Shown here: piece after piece, positions 61,836-64,000 of the stretch
Position numbering within the stretch: the stretch's first letter is position 1
How the letters are laid out: the number at the start of each line of letters is the position of its first letter
Source: Candidatus Latescibacterota bacterium
Lineage (GTDB): Bacteria; Latescibacterota; UBA2968; UBA8231
Direction: 5' to 3'
NCBI GenBank assembly: GCA_964291625.2
Contig: OZ220089.1
Span: forward strand, 3,584,001 to 3,648,000
DNA length: 64,000 bases
Position numbers and translations under genes: made by a program
The notes under the pieces: model-generated
Database searches by the model: none
The model's input: the letters and a program-made list of their open reading frames with translations, nothing else
Told to the model about the DNA's origin: nothing

Positions 61836-64000
61836 ATGAAACCTGCCGTTCATCACCTGGCCTGTCTTGCCTTCCTTGGCTTGATCTCTCCGCCAATCTC
61901 GAAGGTTCACGCGTCACCGCCTCCCCCGGACAGCTTGCACTTCTGCCAAGTCCTCGATCTCGGTCTCGAGGATCTCGATATCCACCCAGCGGGCAAGCGA
62001 CTGGGGGATCTGAACGCCGGCGAGCCCCGCACGGTTCGGATGCTCTACTTCGTGCCCAATGACCGTCCTGTGCGCGAGGAAATCATCCAGAAGATGAAGG
62101 ATGAGATTCGCGGCATTCAGACCTTCTTCGGCGAGCAGATGCAGGCGCACGGGTACGGCTACAGGACCTTCCGGTACGAGACCGACGACGAGGGAGAGCC
62201 GCTGGTCCACCGCCTGCGCGGGGTGTATCCGGACAGCCACTATGTCGAGGACACGTTCTTGAAATTGAAGGAAGAGATCGATCAGATCTTTGATCCGTAT
62301 ATCCAGATTCTCGTCGTTGACAATGCCTCAGGTCTGCTCAGCGGATACGCCTTGGGTAGGGCCCTTGTGTTTTCAAAACAGAGAGGTACCGGGGTAGTGA
62401 CAGCAGGAGGAGCTTGGCGGACGACGGCCCATGAACTCGGCCATGCCTTCGGATTGCAGCACAACTTCCAAAAGAGTACCTACATCATGTCCTATGGATC
62501 ACATGGACCCGCTCTGTCCGCATGCGCCGCCGCATATCTGGCCGTGCATCCGTACTTCGACCCCGAGGTTGGATTGGAGGAAGGCCAGCCCCCGGCCATC
62601 GAGCTCATTTCGTCACGTGCCTATCCAGCAGGGTCGGAGAGCGTCCCGGTTCGACTCAGGGTCAGCGATGCTGACGGGCTCCACCTGGTGAAGATGTTCG
62701 TTCTCACGCACGACCCCGGCATCGAGCTGAAGACCTGCCAGGGATTGACGGGTGAGAAGGAGACCGTCGTGGAGTTGGCCTACGACGGTGTGGTTCCAGG
62801 TGATGTGACCTGCTGTCCGACCGATCTATCCGACCCGCCCGTGCATCCGATCTACATTGCAGCCACGGACAAGAACGGGGACGATGGGTGGTTGAGTTTC
62901 GATCTGTGGGAGATCTCCCCATCGCATGTCTCCACTCTGGAGGCAGGCCACGTGCACTCGTTGGCCTTTTCACCCGACGGCACGCTGGCTTCGGCCTCCG
63001 GTGGTGTACTGGCCTACCCCCGAGCTGGCCCCCACCGTGAGATCAGGCTGTGGGACATTGACAGGCAGACGGCAATCACCTTGTCCGGAAGGGCGAACGA
63101 TCTCGCCCTTTCGCCCGGCAGCACAACCCTCGCCGCCGCATCGCGGGACATCGCTCTGTGGAACGCCGAAACGGGCCAGTTCCTCGCCTCTCTCCCCGGA
63201 CCCGGGAGCCATGCCCGTTCCGTGGCCTTTTCACCCGACGGCACGGTCCTCGCCGCCGCGTACCCCGATGAGATCCGACTGTGGGACATGGACACACACA
63301 CCCGTACGGCCACCCTGCCCGCCGGCGCCACCGTGGTGGCCGTCTCCGCTAACGGTATCCTCGCCTCGGCCGATCGTTTTGAACAGATCACCCTGTGGGA
63401 CATGGAGACGCTGACAAGTACCGCGGTGGAGACAGCGACAAGCACTCATGGCTGGGGCCCGGACGTCAAGGCCTTGGCCTTCTCACCCGACGGCAGCATG
63501 TTCGCTTCCGGGGCTTTTTCTTCGCGGGTCCAGCTGTGGAATGCGTACACGGGGGAAAGCGTGAGTGTCCTTGGAGTACATTACGGGGCTCCTGTCAGCT
63601 CGGTGGTCTTCTCGCCCGACGGGAGCCTGCTCGCTTCCGGTGCACCCGGAAGTGGGGTCCTGCTCTGGGACGTTGGGCGAGGCCGCGGGCCGGTCGCCCT
63701 CCGGGCGCCGACCAAGGCTGTCAATGCCCTGGCCTTTTCGCCCGATGGGCGTTTCCTCGCTGCCGGGTCGGATGGCACGATCGAACTGTGGGACATGGCC
63801 GAGTGGCTCCAGCCCCGCCCCACGAGGCTGGTCGTCGTTTCAGGTGACACTCAGGAGGGCCCGGCAGGCGCTCAATTGGATGACCCGTTGGTCCTCGAGG
63901 TGAGAGACCAGTACGACAACCCGCTGCCAGGAGTCCGGGTCACCTTTACCGTCACCGACGGCGACGGCCACTTCGTCGACAGGTATCATCTCAACAGGAG
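61836..64000 (+). CDS. Third paralogous secreted metzincin-WD40-Big_1 protein (runs off window; absent from ORF track)
   Basis: AGGAG SD; MKPAVHHLACLAFLGL...GKRLGDLNAGEPRTVRMLYFVPNDR, HELGHAFGLQH..YIMSYG, WD40 repeats; frame appears open to the end. Confidence 0.85.
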   Translation, partial: MKPAVHHLACLAFLGLISPPISKVHASPPPPDSLHFCQVLDLGLEDLDIHPAGKRLGDLNAGEPRTVRMLYFVPNDRPVREEIIQKMKDEIRGIQTFFGEQMQAHGYGYRTFRYETDDEGEPLVHRLRGVYPDSHYVEDTFLKLKEEIDQIFDPYIQILVVDNASGLLSGYALGRALVFSKQRGTGVVTAGGAWRTTAHELGHAFGLQHNFQKSTYIMSYGSHGPALSACAAAYLAVHPYFDPEVGLEEGQPPAIELISSRAYPAGSESVPVRLRVSDADGLHLVKMFVLTHDPGIELKTCQGLTGEKETVVELAYDGVVPGDVTCCPTDLSDPPVHPIYIAATDKNGDDGWLSFDLWEISPSHVSTLEAGHVHSLAFSPDGTLASASGGVLAYPRAGPHREIRLWDIDRQTAITLSGRANDLALSPGSTTLAAASRDIALWNAETGQFLASLPGPGSHARSVAFSPDGTVLAAAYPDEIRLWDMDTHTRTATLPAGATVVAVSANGILASADRFEQITLWDMETLTSTAVETATSTHGWGPDVKALAFSPDGSMFASGAFSSRVQLWNAYTGESVSVLGVHYGAPVSSVVFSPDGSLLASGAPGSGVLLWDVGRGRGPVALRAPTKAVNALAFSPDGRFLAAGSDGTIELWDMAEWLQPRPTRLVVVSGDTQEGPAGAQLDDPLVLEVRDQYDNPLPGVRVTFTVTDGDGHFVDRYHLNR

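Overview
High-GC bacterial DNA. FlgD-Ig/T9SS-like C-terminal domains, dockerin-like EF-hands, 'SWGxxK' tails, PhyH/TauD oxygenases and LRR/WD40/ankyrin/TPR proteins suggest an FCB-group lineage such as Ca. Latescibacterota, possibly a sponge symbiont (inference only). 1-15.6 kb and 23-31.5 kb hold housekeeping and catabolic genes: an orphan Zn-free rpsR with an apparent ATC start, a BMC shell protein, hydrolases, SDRs, Lhr, Fe/2OG oxygenases and a globin-ankyrin fusion. 15.6-22.9 kb is a defence-like island: a damaged Septu (PtuAB) pair, then a coupled ATPase + ATPase-wHTH-TPR pair and a PD-(D/E)XK nuclease, behind a promoter carrying three tandem CAAC-N6-GTTG palindromes. 31.5-64 kb is an accessory secretome island. 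It has three copies (one intact, two deleted) of a GAF-PAS-HK-REC-wHTH regulator, each with a conserved divergent direct-repeat promoter. It also has mosaic secreted metzincins (LRR or WD40 + Big_1 + dockerin + CTD), and a tandem array of cassettes pairing a variable small secreted partner with an M6-like protease head. Two of those cassettes share a near-identical ~1.5 kb stalk, which could allow head swapping onto a single cadherin/FN3/CTD tail. One complete ISKra4-family element (IRs, 8-bp TSD) and two remnants are present. Several single-base frameshifts may be assembly errors.
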